Shown: piece by piece, positions 1 to 10,046 of the stretch | How positions within the stretch are numbered: the stretch's first letter is position 1 | Layout: the number at the start of each line of letters is the position of its first letter | Sequence record: DRR378314_1513 | Length of the DNA: 64,000 nt | Direction: 5' to 3' (one strand) | Made by a program: the position numbers and the translations under genes | Notes under the pieces: model-generated | Databases searched by the model: none | Told to the model about the DNA's origin: nothing | What the model saw: the letters and a program-made list of their open reading frames with translations, nothing else

Positions 1-35
1 TTGTCCGGACAAATTAGGGGCTCAATATGGAAAGG

Positions 36-605
36 TCAATCAGCAGAATGATCGAGACCAGCCAAACTCGCAGCAGGTACCGGCTCCAAGGCGGTATTCA
101 ATGTCGAGTTCCAGCGGTTCAGAAAGCCAAACAGGGAAATCACGCTCACAATTTCGATGATTTGGGAGTTGGTGTAGTATTCTCTCAATCGAGCGAAGTC
201 AGCTTCACCGGCCTCATTCGGAATGCGTCCGGCTTTTATGGCAAGATTTATTGCCGCACGCTCTGCCTCAGTGAACAGCTCGCTGTCTTCAAACGTCCAT
301 ACTGCCTCGATCTTCGCTGGATCTACTCCACGCTGCCGCGCGCCATGGGCGGCGTGAGCCGAACAGTAGAAACAGCCTGCCGCCTTGCTTGCGGCCTCGC
401 CGATCAGCCGTTTCAGGCCCTGGTCAACTTCACCTGAACCATAAATCGACGACACAAGCCCCCACATTGCCCGCAATACATCAGGCTGATGGGCCATGAC
501 GAGCGCATCATTTGGCACAAACCCCATCAGGGTTTCCGCGTTCTGGATCATTTCTGCGGTCTCGCCGGAAACCTCATCAATGGACAGAGGCTCAACCCGC
601 GTCAT
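36..605 (-). CDS. Carboxymuconolactone decarboxylase/AhpD-like peroxidase-related protein
   Basis: GCFYCSAH (CxxCxxH) and FTEAERAA/FGFLNRWN motifs; start moved to MTRVEPL (ATGA overlap with upstream stop). Confidence 0.8.
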   Translation of the reverse strand: MTRVEPLSIDEVSGETAEMIQNAETLMGFVPNDALVMAHQPDVLRAMWGLVSSIYGSGEVDQGLKRLIGEAASKAAGCFYCSAHAAHGARQRGVDPAKIEAVWTFEDSELFTEAERAAINLAIKAGRIPNEAGEADFARLREYYTNSQIIEIVSVISLFGFLNRWNSTLNTALEPVPAASLAGLDHSAD

Positions 606-1507
606 GACGCTGTGCTTGGCGCGACATTGCTCGCAAAGTGAGACGCGATGTCCTCGCGGGTAGCAATCCAAACGTCATCGAACTGATTGGCGTACTCGAT
701 GAATTCCCTGAAAGCCCAAATACGCCCCGGGCGCCCGATGATCCGAAGGTGCAACCCCAAACTCATCATTCGCGCGCCTAAAGTGCCAGACTCCTCACGC
801 AGAACGTCAAACGTTCGTTTCGCGTAAGACAGCCACATATCTGGCGTGAAAGACGGTGATAGCCAGAACTTCATGTCATTGGAGTCGATCGCGTACGGCA
901 ATATCACCATCGGCCTCATACTTCCGTCTTCCATCTCGGTTGCCGCCCAGTATGGGAAATCATCAGAATAATCGTCCATATGGTACGAGTATCCCTGCTC
1001 GAGAAGGATACGCCTGGTTATATCCGTATGGAGATATCTTGACAGCCAGCCAGATGGCCGACGACCTGTCGTTTCCAGAATGGATTTCGTCCCCTTTTGA
1101 ATGAAGGCACGCTCTTCATCCGGAGACATGAAGGCCGTGAAGTTCCACTTGTGGCCGTGATTGCACGGCTCATCACCACGTTCCGCAATTGCCTTACCGA
1201 GCCAGCGAGCCTTCTCAAGCGCTTGCCCGCACACAGTCCAGGTCGCAGGAACATTCGCCTCGTTCAAAATCCGGAGAACACGGGGTGCTCCCTGATTGAT
1301 TCCATACTGGTAATTGGACTCATTGCCATGAATTCGGATTGGCTTCCCGGGGACTGCTCCCAATTCATCGACGGGCTCTGGACGTTTGTCACCCTCATCG
1401 ATTCGGCGTTCAGCGCCTTCTTCAACGTTGACTACAATCGACAAGGCTAACTTCTTGCCATCTGGCCAGGAAAAGTCTTTAGGCGCGGGATCCTGCCAAG
1501 ATTGCAT
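602..1507 (-). CDS. Polysaccharide deacetylase-fold protein, PuuE (allantoinase)-like
   Basis: WPDGKKLALSIVVNVEEGAE, ESNYQYG, NHGHKW, MMSLGLHLRIIGRPGR; start MQSWQD couples to SDR stop (TGATG). Confidence 0.85.
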   Translation of the reverse strand: MQSWQDPAPKDFSWPDGKKLALSIVVNVEEGAERRIDEGDKRPEPVDELGAVPGKPIRIHGNESNYQYGINQGAPRVLRILNEANVPATWTVCGQALEKARWLGKAIAERGDEPCNHGHKWNFTAFMSPDEERAFIQKGTKSILETTGRRPSGWLSRYLHTDITRRILLEQGYSYHMDDYSDDFPYWAATEMEDGSMRPMVILPYAIDSNDMKFWLSPSFTPDMWLSYAKRTFDVLREESGTLGARMMSLGLHLRIIGRPGRIWAFREFIEYANQFDDVWIATREDIASHFASNVAPSTAS

Positions 1508-2346
1508 CAGTGCGGCTCCTCGCCACCGGAAACATTCATACTTTCTGCGGTAATGTATCCTGCCTGATCCGTACACAGCCATGCGACAGCATTGGCCGTA
1601 TCTTCTGGCAGTCCTGGACGCCCCATCGGGATGCGCTTGGCCATGGCGTCCATGTAGTCCTCAATCGAACCCGCGCCGGTCACCTTCGCGAAGTACTCAT
1701 TCTGCCAGGCGCCCAACCCTGTTGTGACGTGATTGGGACACACATTATTGACGGTGATCTTGTGCGGTCCCAACTCAATTGCGGCCGAACGGACCAGCCC
1801 AACCAAGCCGTGCTTGGAACTGGAGTAAGCCTGAGCGTGCGGGAAGCCCGACTTGGCAGCTTGAGACGCGATATTGATTATGCGTCCCCCACGCCCCTGC
1901 TTGACCATCTGCTCTGCCGCGGCTTTCAGACCGAAAAAGGAACCAGTCAGGTTCACGTCGATAACCGCGCGCCAGTCAGCCTCAGTAACTTCCAACAGCG
2001 GCTTCATGATGTAGCCGATACCCGCATTGTTTACCCAGATGTCGATGCCGCCATGCTCTGTCTCAGCATGCGCGGCAAGCGCGCGCACTTCGTCAAGGCT
2101 GCGCACATCGCAAGGACACGTCGAAACCTTTGCCCCCAACTCACGAAGCTCGGTTGCGATCCCCTCCATCTCATCGGAGGTACCGATATGCTCTTCCCCC
2201 GTAGCGGAATCGCGGGAGGTTCCGATGTCGGAAAGGACAATACTCGCTCCGTCAGCCGCCAAGCGCCGAGCAATGGCCTCACCAAGACCAGCGCGCCTGC
2301 CTGAGCCAGTAATGACAGCAACTTTTCCTGCAAGTGGTTTGCTCAT
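1507..2346 (-). CDS. Short-chain dehydrogenase/reductase (SDR)
   Basis: TGSGRRAGLG, NNAG, YSSSK catalytic motif; AGGAG RBS. Confidence 0.93.
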   Translation of the reverse strand: MSKPLAGKVAVITGSGRRAGLGEAIARRLAADGASIVLSDIGTSRDSATGEEHIGTSDEMEGIATELRELGAKVSTCPCDVRSLDEVRALAAHAETEHGGIDIWVNNAGIGYIMKPLLEVTEADWRAVIDVNLTGSFFGLKAAAEQMVKQGRGGRIINIASQAAKSGFPHAQAYSSSKHGLVGLVRSAAIELGPHKITVNNVCPNHVTTGLGAWQNEYFAKVTGAGSIEDYMDAMAKRIPMGRPGLPEDTANAVAWLCTDQAGYITAESMNVSGGEEPH

Positions 2347-2357
2347 GACTACTCCTG

Positions 2358-2672
2358 CTAGCCCAATTTTTCAGTAAGAATGAAAATGAGGTCTGACGTC
2401 ATTGCCTGAAACTCAGCCGCAATTTTTTGCATTGCGTCGGTTGAAACGTCTCCACCAAAGCCATCCATGTCGTTCACATCAATTGTTTCGATGTACTGGT
2501 ATGGAGACTTGTCGTCCGTACCGAGCATCCCGGTGGCCTTGAACACTTCGAAGGCGTCCACAGACTTCAATCCATTCACAGTTGGAATGTCCTTTGATTT
2601 CGCCCAAGCCTCGTAATCCGCGACCGAACACTCCGGCTTCAAATTGAACAATGCGATGATTTTCTGGGACAC
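2358..2672 (-). CDS. REDY/HapK-like small dimeric alpha-beta barrel protein
   Basis: IIALFNLKP..DYEAWAK..DIPTV..PYQYIE pattern; GTG start at 2672 (alt 2681) after GGAG. Confidence 0.7.
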   Translation of the reverse strand: MSQKIIALFNLKPECSVADYEAWAKSKDIPTVNGLKSVDAFEVFKATGMLGTDDKSPYQYIETIDVNDMDGFGGDVSTDAMQKIAAEFQAMTSDLIFILTEKLG

Positions 2673-2702
2673 TTGCTCCACTCCTGATAAGCTATACCCA
2701 AC

Positions 2703-2716
2703 AATGGTATACCATT
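2703..2716. promoter_or_regulatory. Perfect palindrome AATGGTATACCATT, GntR/FadR-type operator candidate
   Basis: 14-bp palindrome in AT-rich DNA about 30 bp upstream of the HapK-SDR-deacetylase-CMD operon. Confidence 0.55.
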
Positions 2717-2768
2717 ATTAGATTATTGATAGTCTCGAAATTCCTGCATCCATCATAGACCGTACAGA

Positions 2769-3068
2769 CTACGTGTCCGGCTGCTCAACCACGACAATCT
2801 GCGCAGTCGAAAGCTCTTTCCGAATGCGTTTCAAGTCTTCGTATTCTGGCGAATTCCACAGGGTTTCAAGAGCCTCGCTCGTCGGCCACTTGCTGACGAC
2901 GACGCTGGTATGCTCATCCAGATCACCCTCGAGGCATTTCAGCTTCGGAGCCCTGACGACATATTCTCCACCATATGTGGCGACGAGTTTTGCCGTAGGA
3001 ATGGCGTATTCGCTGACAAACCTCTCACGATCGTGAATCTTGCAGAAAACAATCTGGTAACAGGCCAT
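2769..3068 (-). CDS. DUF1330-family protein
   Basis: YGGEYVVR..LEG..WNSPEY..LKRIR pattern; ATG 3068 after GAGGAG. Confidence 0.8.
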   Translation of the reverse strand: MACYQIVFCKIHDRERFVSEYAIPTAKLVATYGGEYVVRAPKLKCLEGDLDEHTSVVVSKWPTSEALETLWNSPEYEDLKRIRKELSTAQIVVVEQPDT

Positions 3069-3229
3069 TGTGGAACTCCTCAAAATGCTGGTAGATCATC
3101 GCAACTAAATGATATATCCTTTGATAAGGGCTTTTTTGCCCGCGGCAAAGCCCCAATCGCACGCGAATGCGTCGGAACTTGAGATTGCCGAAAGCCAGTC
3201 CACCCATGTCACTTCGAGGCCACCAGAGA

Positions 3230-4237
3230 ATGAAACTGATTACCCTTAAAAACGCGATTGATACCAAACCGCAGGCGTCGGACTTTGTAACGATTGAGGC
3301 CGAAACGCCGCAATGTCCGGATGGGGGCGTTCTGGCGCGCGTGGTGCACTTGTCCCTTGATCCGTATGTTGGATCGCGGGTGCGTGGCCGTCATATGGGT
3401 GAGAACGCGCCCACGCCAGGGCAAGACCCCATTCCGGGCGCCATCGTCGGCGAAGTACTCGAGTCACGGGCGGAAGGTATCAAGCAGGGAGATTGGGTCC
3501 ACTCCATGGAAGGTGGTTGGCAGGAAACTGTTGCCCTGCAATCAGGACACTTCAGAAAGCTCAATCCTGATCAAGCCCCCCTCGCCTCCCATGCCGGTAT
3601 TCTGGGTATGCCCGGACTTACCGCATGGGCGGGTATCACGCAGCTGGCGAAAGTCGGAAAAGGTGACACAGTCCTCGTCAACGCCGCTGCCGGCCCGGTC
3701 GGCGGAACGGTTGGACAAATCGCCCGGATCAAAGGCGCGAAGCGCGTCGTTGGCATCGCAGGCGGCGACGAGAAATGCGGTATCGTCACAAATTCATACG
3801 GATTTGACGCGTGCATCGATTACAAGAAAGAGAATTGGAAGGAAGCGCTGAAAGAGGCGCTGCCGGATGGCCTGTCCGTCTTCTTTGAGAACGTTTCTGC
3901 CGAGATGGCGATGACCGCTCTTGAGAATGCCCAACTTTATACGCGAGGTGTACTCTGCGGCCTGGCAGCAGCCTACCACAGTCCAACGGCGTCCAGTCAC
4001 GCTCTCAATATGGGGATGATTATCGGCAAAAGGGCACAAATGCTCGGTCTTGTAGTTTACGATTTCTATCCTCGCTGGGATGAATATGTAGACGAAGCCA
4101 GTCACTGGATCGAAAGTGGTCAGTTGAAGTTTGTTGAGGACCGGGTAACTGGCCTGGAGCATGCTCCAGCCCTTTTCGAGCGTCTGATGAATGGGGAAAA
4201 CCGCGGAAAAGCGGTGGTGACCGTAAGCGCAGAGTAG
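3230..4237 (+). CDS. NADP-dependent oxidoreductase (MDR; prostaglandin reductase/CurA-like ene-reductase)
   Basis: LSLDPY, LGMPGLTAW, AAAGPVG, GIAGGDEKC, GENRGKAVV. Confidence 0.9.
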   Translation: MKLITLKNAIDTKPQASDFVTIEAETPQCPDGGVLARVVHLSLDPYVGSRVRGRHMGENAPTPGQDPIPGAIVGEVLESRAEGIKQGDWVHSMEGGWQETVALQSGHFRKLNPDQAPLASHAGILGMPGLTAWAGITQLAKVGKGDTVLVNAAAGPVGGTVGQIARIKGAKRVVGIAGGDEKCGIVTNSYGFDACIDYKKENWKEALKEALPDGLSVFFENVSAEMAMTALENAQLYTRGVLCGLAAAYHSPTASSHALNMGMIIGKRAQMLGLVVYDFYPRWDEYVDEASHWIESGQLKFVEDRVTGLEHAPALFERLMNGENRGKAVVTVSAE

Positions 4238-4241
4238 AATA

Positions 4242-5042
4242 ATGGTTCGAGTACGGCGGGAGTATGTAGAAGGGAAGTATGGGCAGATCCATTTATGGGT
4301 CGCCGGCGAAGAAACGCCGGGTGTGTTACCCTTGTATTGCGCACACCAGAGCCCCAAACATGGTGGCGAATTCTCAAACTTCATGGCAGCCGCAGGAGAA
4401 CACCGCCTCGTAGTTGCGCCTGATTATCCCGGTTATGGGATGTCTGATACTCCGCCGAATGAATCCGACGTCACAATCGATTTCTACGCGGAGTCACTGT
4501 GGTCTGTGGCTGATCAGCTGGGACACTACAAAATTGATCTATTCGGAAACCACACCGGCTCTAAAGTGATCTCGGCGATGACGATGGCGCAGCCAGAGCG
4601 TGTCGGAAGCCTTATCATGATCTCAGCGACTATTCTGACCCCAGATGAACACAAAATGTTCAACGACTATTTCCAGCCCGTTCCGCTGGATGATGCAGGC
4701 ACCCGTTTCCGCACCATGTGGGAACGCATCGTGGAGCGCCGTGGTCCTGGCGCGACTATGGAAATGATGGCGCGCTCATTCGCTATGAATCTCATGGGCG
4801 GGGAAGCATACGAATGGGGCCATCACGCTGCATTCGCCTGGTGGAAAGAGGAAGAGCACGCCCTTCAGACTCTCCCGCACAGAATTACCATTCTAAATCC
4901 CAACGACGATTTGACTGAATGCACACGCAGAGCCGCCCCAATGCTGAGGAACGGGAAGATAATTGAATTGCCTGAATGGGGCTATAATTTCATGGATGTG
5001 TGGCCGGAAGAGTCAGCACAATTGGTGCTCTCCAATCTATAG
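4242..5042 (+). CDS. Alpha/beta-hydrolase fold protein with non-canonical elbow (GNHTG)
   Basis: APDYPGYGMSD; HQSP; GNHTG at the GxSxG position. Confidence 0.85.
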   Translation: MVRVRREYVEGKYGQIHLWVAGEETPGVLPLYCAHQSPKHGGEFSNFMAAAGEHRLVVAPDYPGYGMSDTPPNESDVTIDFYAESLWSVADQLGHYKIDLFGNHTGSKVISAMTMAQPERVGSLIMISATILTPDEHKMFNDYFQPVPLDDAGTRFRTMWERIVERRGPGATMEMMARSFAMNLMGGEAYEWGHHAAFAWWKEEEHALQTLPHRITILNPNDDLTECTRRAAPMLRNGKIIELPEWGYNFMDVWPEESAQLVLSNL

Positions 5043-5053
5043 ACTCACTCCAC

Positions 5054-6400
5054 CTAGTAGCTCCCACCAAGCGCCACGTACAAATCGATAGAAGCTGCCA
5101 GACGATCTCGACGCGCTACCAGCGCATCTTGAGTTGAGGCGTAGTAAGATTGCTGCGCAGACAAGAGACTGGTCAGGTCGTCCGCTCCCACACGGTACCT
5201 GAGCTCGGCAGAATCAAGCGCATTGCGACCAGCGGACAATGCGATTTGTACCTCCTCTTCTCGAAGCGCACTCGTGTTGATCGAGGACAAGGCCACATCG
5301 ACCTCTCGTAGTGAAGTTAGGATTGCCTGCTCATAATTGGCCAGAAGTGCTGCGCGACGTGCTTTCGCGCTTTCAAGCTGCGCCTTCAGCGAGCCGCCTG
5401 AGAAAATCGTCTGAGACAGGGCAGCGGACAAGCTTGCCGTTGGATCTGACAAGGACGTCAGCACCGTACTGACCCCCGCCCCCAGGTCGATTCTGGGCAA
5501 CATGGCCGCTCTCGCCGCAACAACATCAGCCTGCCCTGCTCTCAAGTTTGCTTCAGCCTGAAGCAAGTCTGGACGGCGCGTAAGCAGGTCAGAGGGCAAC
5601 CCGGCATCTGCCACGGGTAGCCTCGTCTTATACAGGTCGACACTATCGATCTCGAAACCCTGAGGCGTTTCGCCCACCAGGATGGCAATAGCGGTTTCAA
5701 TCGAAAGGATTTGCTGTTCAATTTGTGGGATTTGCGACCTCGCATTAGCCAACGTCGCATTCTGACTGGCCAGATCAAAACCGGAGATCTCGCCTGCCTC
5801 GTAGCGGACTTCAACAATATCAAATATGCGTTCCGCAATATTGAGGTTCTCTTTCGCTACCTCACGCTGCTTACGTGCGACTTGCAAGTCAAAATAGTTC
5901 GTAGCCAGATCGGCCAAAACACTCAGTTCCAGCGCGCGCTGGGAGTATTCAGCAGACTCGAGACTGGCGCGAGCCGCATCCTGCGAAGCTTTGACTTCCC
6001 CAAACAAATCCAGCTCATAGCTCGCCGAGAGACGGGCGCTTCTCGAAATTTCGTCAAGACCGGCGTCTGAGCTCACAGAGGTGCTGGCACTACCCGAAAT
6101 CGACGGCAGAGACTTCGCATCAGCGACTGTGACAGCGGCGCGAGCGGACACAACATTCGCAATTCCCGCTTCGAGAGATCGGTTCTGATCCAGCGCTGCC
6201 GTAACCAGTGCATTGAGTGCCTCGTCCCCAAAATTGGTCCACCACGGACCGAGTTCCGGAAAATTCTCGCTTGTTTGAACATTTGTATCATACGCAACCG
6301 GCACGATGACTTCCGACGAAGATGTCGTGGACTCGTGGACGCTCGCACACCCCGCTACTGCGAGCGCAAGGCTGAGGGAAACGCTGGAAATCTTGGTCAT
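5054..6400 (-). CDS. Efflux outer-membrane factor lipoprotein (NodT/OprM family)
   Basis: Lipobox VAGC; YELDLFG; LLTRRPDL; LYVALGG. Confidence 0.92.
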   Translation of the reverse strand: MTKISSVSLSLALAVAGCASVHESTTSSSEVIVPVAYDTNVQTSENFPELGPWWTNFGDEALNALVTAALDQNRSLEAGIANVVSARAAVTVADAKSLPSISGSASTSVSSDAGLDEISRSARLSASYELDLFGEVKASQDAARASLESAEYSQRALELSVLADLATNYFDLQVARKQREVAKENLNIAERIFDIVEVRYEAGEISGFDLASQNATLANARSQIPQIEQQILSIETAIAILVGETPQGFEIDSVDLYKTRLPVADAGLPSDLLTRRPDLLQAEANLRAGQADVVAARAAMLPRIDLGAGVSTVLTSLSDPTASLSAALSQTIFSGGSLKAQLESAKARRAALLANYEQAILTSLREVDVALSSINTSALREEEVQIALSAGRNALDSAELRYRVGADDLTSLLSAQQSYYASTQDALVARRDRLAASIDLYVALGGSY

Positions 6401-6402
6401 AG

Positions 6403-8340
6403 TTACTCCGCCGAAAGAGCCCGTACCGGGTCAAGGCGCGAAGCATTGCGCGCCGGCAAGAAGCCGAAAACAAACCCAGTCAGGAAAGCTGTAGAAAAGG
6501 CGAGAATTGCCGGAAGCGGCGTGATCGCAATAGACGTACCGAGGTTCACCAGTATCGCACAAATACCAAATCCAGAGAGGATGCCAATCATACCACCAAG
6601 GGCACAAACAACGACCGCCTCAACAATAAACTGCACGAGGATGTCAGACCGCCGCGCACCTGTAGCCATACGCACACCAATTTCCCGCGTGCGTTCAGAT
6701 ACACTGACCAACATGATATTCATCACACCGATCCCCCCGACGAGGAGAGATATTGACGCTACCGCACCGAGAAGCATGGAAAAGGAGTTTTGTGTTTGCT
6801 GAACCGATTCCAGAATTGAGGCCGTGTTCCGTATTCGAAAATCCTCAGTTCCATGCCGATCCAGCAATAGTGTGTTGGCCTCGCTCTCTGTCGTAGAGAT
6901 GACATCAGTATCCTCGACTGCAATGGTAATGCTTGAAAGGTACGAACTACCGAAGACCCTCATCATGCCAGTCGTAATTGGGATAAGCGCAATATCGTCC
7001 TGATCGCTTCCAAACGTACTCGCGCCTTTTTCTTCCAGAACGCCGGCTATCTCAAAGGGGGCACCAGACAAGAAGACGTATTCGCCTACCGCGTCAGAAA
7101 CATTGTCGAAAAGTTCGCCGGCGGTTGTCGTTCCGAGTACGACAACACCGACTCTCCGATCTACATCCTCCGCCGTGAAGAATGTGCCATACTCAACCCT
7201 ACGATTGTTTGCGAGAAGCCAATCTTCGGAAACGCCTTCAACGGAACCACGATGATCCGCGTTGCCCCTACGCAATGTTGCCGATCCAGATCGCGAAGGA
7301 ACTGCTGCGATCACATTGTCGAGCTCACCCAAGGCATCCGCATCCTCCAGTGTTAGGGTGGCAATCGCGTCCCCTCGCATGCGCGCGCCGCGATCACCGC
7401 CTGGACGAACAAACAGCAGGTTCGCCCCCATGTCTTCAAACCGCGCCATGACGTCTCTTTGGCTGCCTTGCCCCACAGCCAGCATGGCAACGACTGCAGC
7501 CACACCAATCACAACACCCAATAGCGTCAACGCGGTTCGGAAAAGGTTCGCGCGCAAGGACCTGAAGGCCGTCTTGATAGACTCTGTCAGCTGTAGGATA
7601 AAGGAAGGGGACGTCCTTGCAGTGCGATGCTCAAAACATGGTTTCGATCTCGGAACTGCTCCCGAGTCTGCGATGATTTTTCCATCCCGAATTTCGATGG
7701 TTCGATCAGCGCGCGCCGCCACCTTCTGGTCGTGTGTAATCAGAATGACTGTGCGACCGGATTGATGGAGGCCCTCCAGCAGTTCCAGCAGCTCTTTACT
7801 TGTACCAGAATCAAGCGCCCCTGTAGGTTCATCTGCAAGGATCACTTCAGCATCATTCATGAGGGCGCGTGCAATTGCTACACGTTGTTGCTGACCGCCC
7901 GACAATTGACCAGGCCTGCTTTTCTCTCGTCCGTTCAGCCCAAGGCGCGCAAGCAGTTCTCGCGCCCTTGTCTTTCGTTCCGACTGGCGCACCCCGGCAT
8001 ACACAGCCGGAATCTCCACATTTTCCAGTGCACTGACATTTGCGAGTAGATTGTAGCGCTGGAAGACAAAACCAAACGTCCGACGGCGCAGTGATGCCAA
8101 GTCATCCGCGTCCATTTTGGATACATCCTGACCGTGGATGCGATAGGTACCAGCGGTCGGGCGATCCAGACATCCCAGCAGATTCATCAATGTCGACTTG
8201 CCCGAACCGGACTGTCCGACAATTGCAACGAATTCACCTTCGGTAATGGTAAGGTCCACGCCATCCAAAGCCCGGACTTCTGCACTGTCCTTGCCGTAGA
8301 CGCGCGTAATGCTCTGCAGCTGCAGTAAAGGTTCTGACAT
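6403..8340 (-). CDS. macB: MacB-type ABC transporter, ATPase-permease fusion
   Basis: GQSGSGKST, LSGGQQQR, ADEPTG; GGIGVMNIMLVSVSERTREIG. Confidence 0.95.
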   Translation of the reverse strand: MSEPLLQLQSITRVYGKDSAEVRALDGVDLTITEGEFVAIVGQSGSGKSTLMNLLGCLDRPTAGTYRIHGQDVSKMDADDLASLRRRTFGFVFQRYNLLANVSALENVEIPAVYAGVRQSERKTRARELLARLGLNGREKSRPGQLSGGQQQRVAIARALMNDAEVILADEPTGALDSGTSKELLELLEGLHQSGRTVILITHDQKVAARADRTIEIRDGKIIADSGAVPRSKPCFEHRTARTSPSFILQLTESIKTAFRSLRANLFRTALTLLGVVIGVAAVVAMLAVGQGSQRDVMARFEDMGANLLFVRPGGDRGARMRGDAIATLTLEDADALGELDNVIAAVPSRSGSATLRRGNADHRGSVEGVSEDWLLANNRRVEYGTFFTAEDVDRRVGVVVLGTTTAGELFDNVSDAVGEYVFLSGAPFEIAGVLEEKGASTFGSDQDDIALIPITTGMMRVFGSSYLSSITIAVEDTDVISTTESEANTLLLDRHGTEDFRIRNTASILESVQQTQNSFSMLLGAVASISLLVGGIGVMNIMLVSVSERTREIGVRMATGARRSDILVQFIVEAVVVCALGGMIGILSGFGICAILVNLGTSIAITPLPAILAFSTAFLTGFVFGFLPARNASRLDPVRALSAE

Positions 8341-8352
8341 CTCGATTGTTCC

Positions 8353-9657
8353 TCACGCCGGAGGCGGAGGGCCCATTGGTGGACGACGGTTATTGTCTCG
8401 CCGTTCAGAGGTTTGTCCTGGACGCAATTCCACCTGCCCCGTAACGACTTCGTCCCCCTCGGAAAGGCCAAAGAGAATTTCCGCTCTACTCCGCGTCTGA
8501 AGTCCGACAAGAACAGGCTGAGGCACTGCTTCGCCATCAGCGTTCAGCTTCAGCACCATTCCCATTGTGGCGTCAGGGTATTGTGCACGCGCCTCACGTA
8601 GGGCCTCACTACGCCCACCTCTTTCACTTCGATCTGGCGAGATCGCTCCAACGGGACGCGCTTGCCGGGAGCGGCTGCCCCCTTCCGGACGCTCGGGACG
8701 GCTCTGCAAGGCAGCGACCGGGATCAGCACAGCATCATCAGCACGGCCCTGCACGAAGAAAACCTGCGTGGTCATGCTGCTTCGCAAAATCCCGTCCGGA
8801 TTCCGCACATCAAGCAGTGCCTTGTATAGAACTACGTCGTTGACGACTTCTGGCGTCGGCAGAATTTGCCTGACTTCAGTCTCCCATTTTCGATCCGTAT
8901 CGCCCAATGTGGTGAACCAAGCCGCCTGTCCCTTTTGAACACTCAGCACGTCGGCTTCTGAAACATCAGCCTCGACCGTCATGATCGAAAGGTCTGCAAT
9001 GGTCATGACAACGGGAGCTGTCTGATTTGCATTCAGCGTCTGCCCTTCGGACGCACTTAGCGATACGACCGTGCCAGCAATGGGAGCATAGATCTTCGTG
9101 TAATTAAGATTCGCCTCGTCTGCCTTCAGACTGGAAGTCTGTTGCGCAATTTGAGCGTCAATTGAATCCAGCTTGCCTTCGGCGATTTCCAGTTCAGATT
9201 GCGTGGCTTCGTAATCAGCTTTCGCGATCGCATCCGCCTCCCAAAGCATGGCCGCGCGCTCTGCCTCGGCACGAGCAAGGTTTAGCGACGCGACCTGTTG
9301 GCGGCGCGATGCTTTCAAGGAGTCCAGCTGGGAGCGCTGGGCTTCTACCGTATTCTCCGCAATGGTTGCATCAATCTGGGCCAGTAATTGCCCGGCTTCA
9401 ACTTCGTCACCGACATCGACAAACAATTCCTGGAGCTGTCCCGACACCTGAGCGCCCACCTCTACGGTTTCCTTTGGAGTGAGAGTTCCGGCGGCCGAAA
9501 TCGTTACCTCAAGATCGCCCAAAGTCGCCACAGACGTTTCATAAGTCGGCGCTGTCGAACTGGCGATGTTAGATTTGGCAAACCAAGTACCCCCCGCCGC
9601 AACCAACAAAATCGCTACGGTTATTGTCCAGCGGGCTCGTTTCCCGAATAATTTCAT
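8353..9657 (-). CDS. macA: MacA-type periplasmic adaptor
   Basis: VGAQVSGQL, GQTLNANQTAP, VSEADV; upstream of macB. Confidence 0.92.
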   Translation of the reverse strand: MKLFGKRARWTITVAILLVAAGGTWFAKSNIASSTAPTYETSVATLGDLEVTISAAGTLTPKETVEVGAQVSGQLQELFVDVGDEVEAGQLLAQIDATIAENTVEAQRSQLDSLKASRRQQVASLNLARAEAERAAMLWEADAIAKADYEATQSELEIAEGKLDSIDAQIAQQTSSLKADEANLNYTKIYAPIAGTVVSLSASEGQTLNANQTAPVVMTIADLSIMTVEADVSEADVLSVQKGQAAWFTTLGDTDRKWETEVRQILPTPEVVNDVVLYKALLDVRNPDGILRSSMTTQVFFVQGRADDAVLIPVAALQSRPERPEGGSRSRQARPVGAISPDRSERGGRSEALREARAQYPDATMGMVLKLNADGEAVPQPVLVGLQTRSRAEILFGLSEGDEVVTGQVELRPGQTSERRDNNRRPPMGPPPPA

Positions 9658-9794
9658 TCTAGTCTCTTTTCAGCAATTCTGGCTGCGAATGTCACTCACG
9701 GTGTTAAACGGACCAGTTTGAAGAATCCGTCGCGACTGTCTGACGTTTTTGCGCAACCTGATTCACACGCCTGTTGTCGTGGATCACCACACCC

Positions 9795-9812
9795 ATGTTG
9801 CAGGAATGTTGC
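9795..9812 (-). promoter_or_regulatory. Direct repeat GCAACAT-N4-GCAACAT upstream of macA, OmpR-type site candidate
   Basis: Exact 7-mer repeat at 11-bp period. Confidence 0.35.
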
Positions 9813-9895
9813 CGAGCCATGACAACGGCGCAACTGCACGCCGTGTGACACCAGGCGCCCAGACTTTGTGTCAGGCTGACATACTCTCGCTGACA

Positions 9896-9925
9896 CGCGG
9901 CACAATTTGGCAAAGTTCAGACAAA
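9896..9925 (+). promoter_or_regulatory. Tandem 10-11-bp repeats (GGCACA/GGCAAA/GACAAA), OmpR-type site candidate
   Basis: 9896-9913 matches 18385-18368(-) at 16/18 nt. Confidence 0.45.
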
Positions 9926-10046
9926 ACGCTCCCGTAACGCACATAGATCGGTCGACGTGGAGCGCGCATACATGAACTATTTTTCATTAAATAACAATTG
10001 TTTAAGTTTGTTCGCGCCACGCCATCGCGCAAATATTTCGAAAGAT

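Noticed and set aside
1-12. Palindrome TTGTCCGGACAA
   Set aside because: At the window edge with context missing; could be chance or part of an operator
9987-10005. CtrA box upstream of the autotransporter
   Set aside because: The TTAA half-sites are 11 nt apart rather than 7
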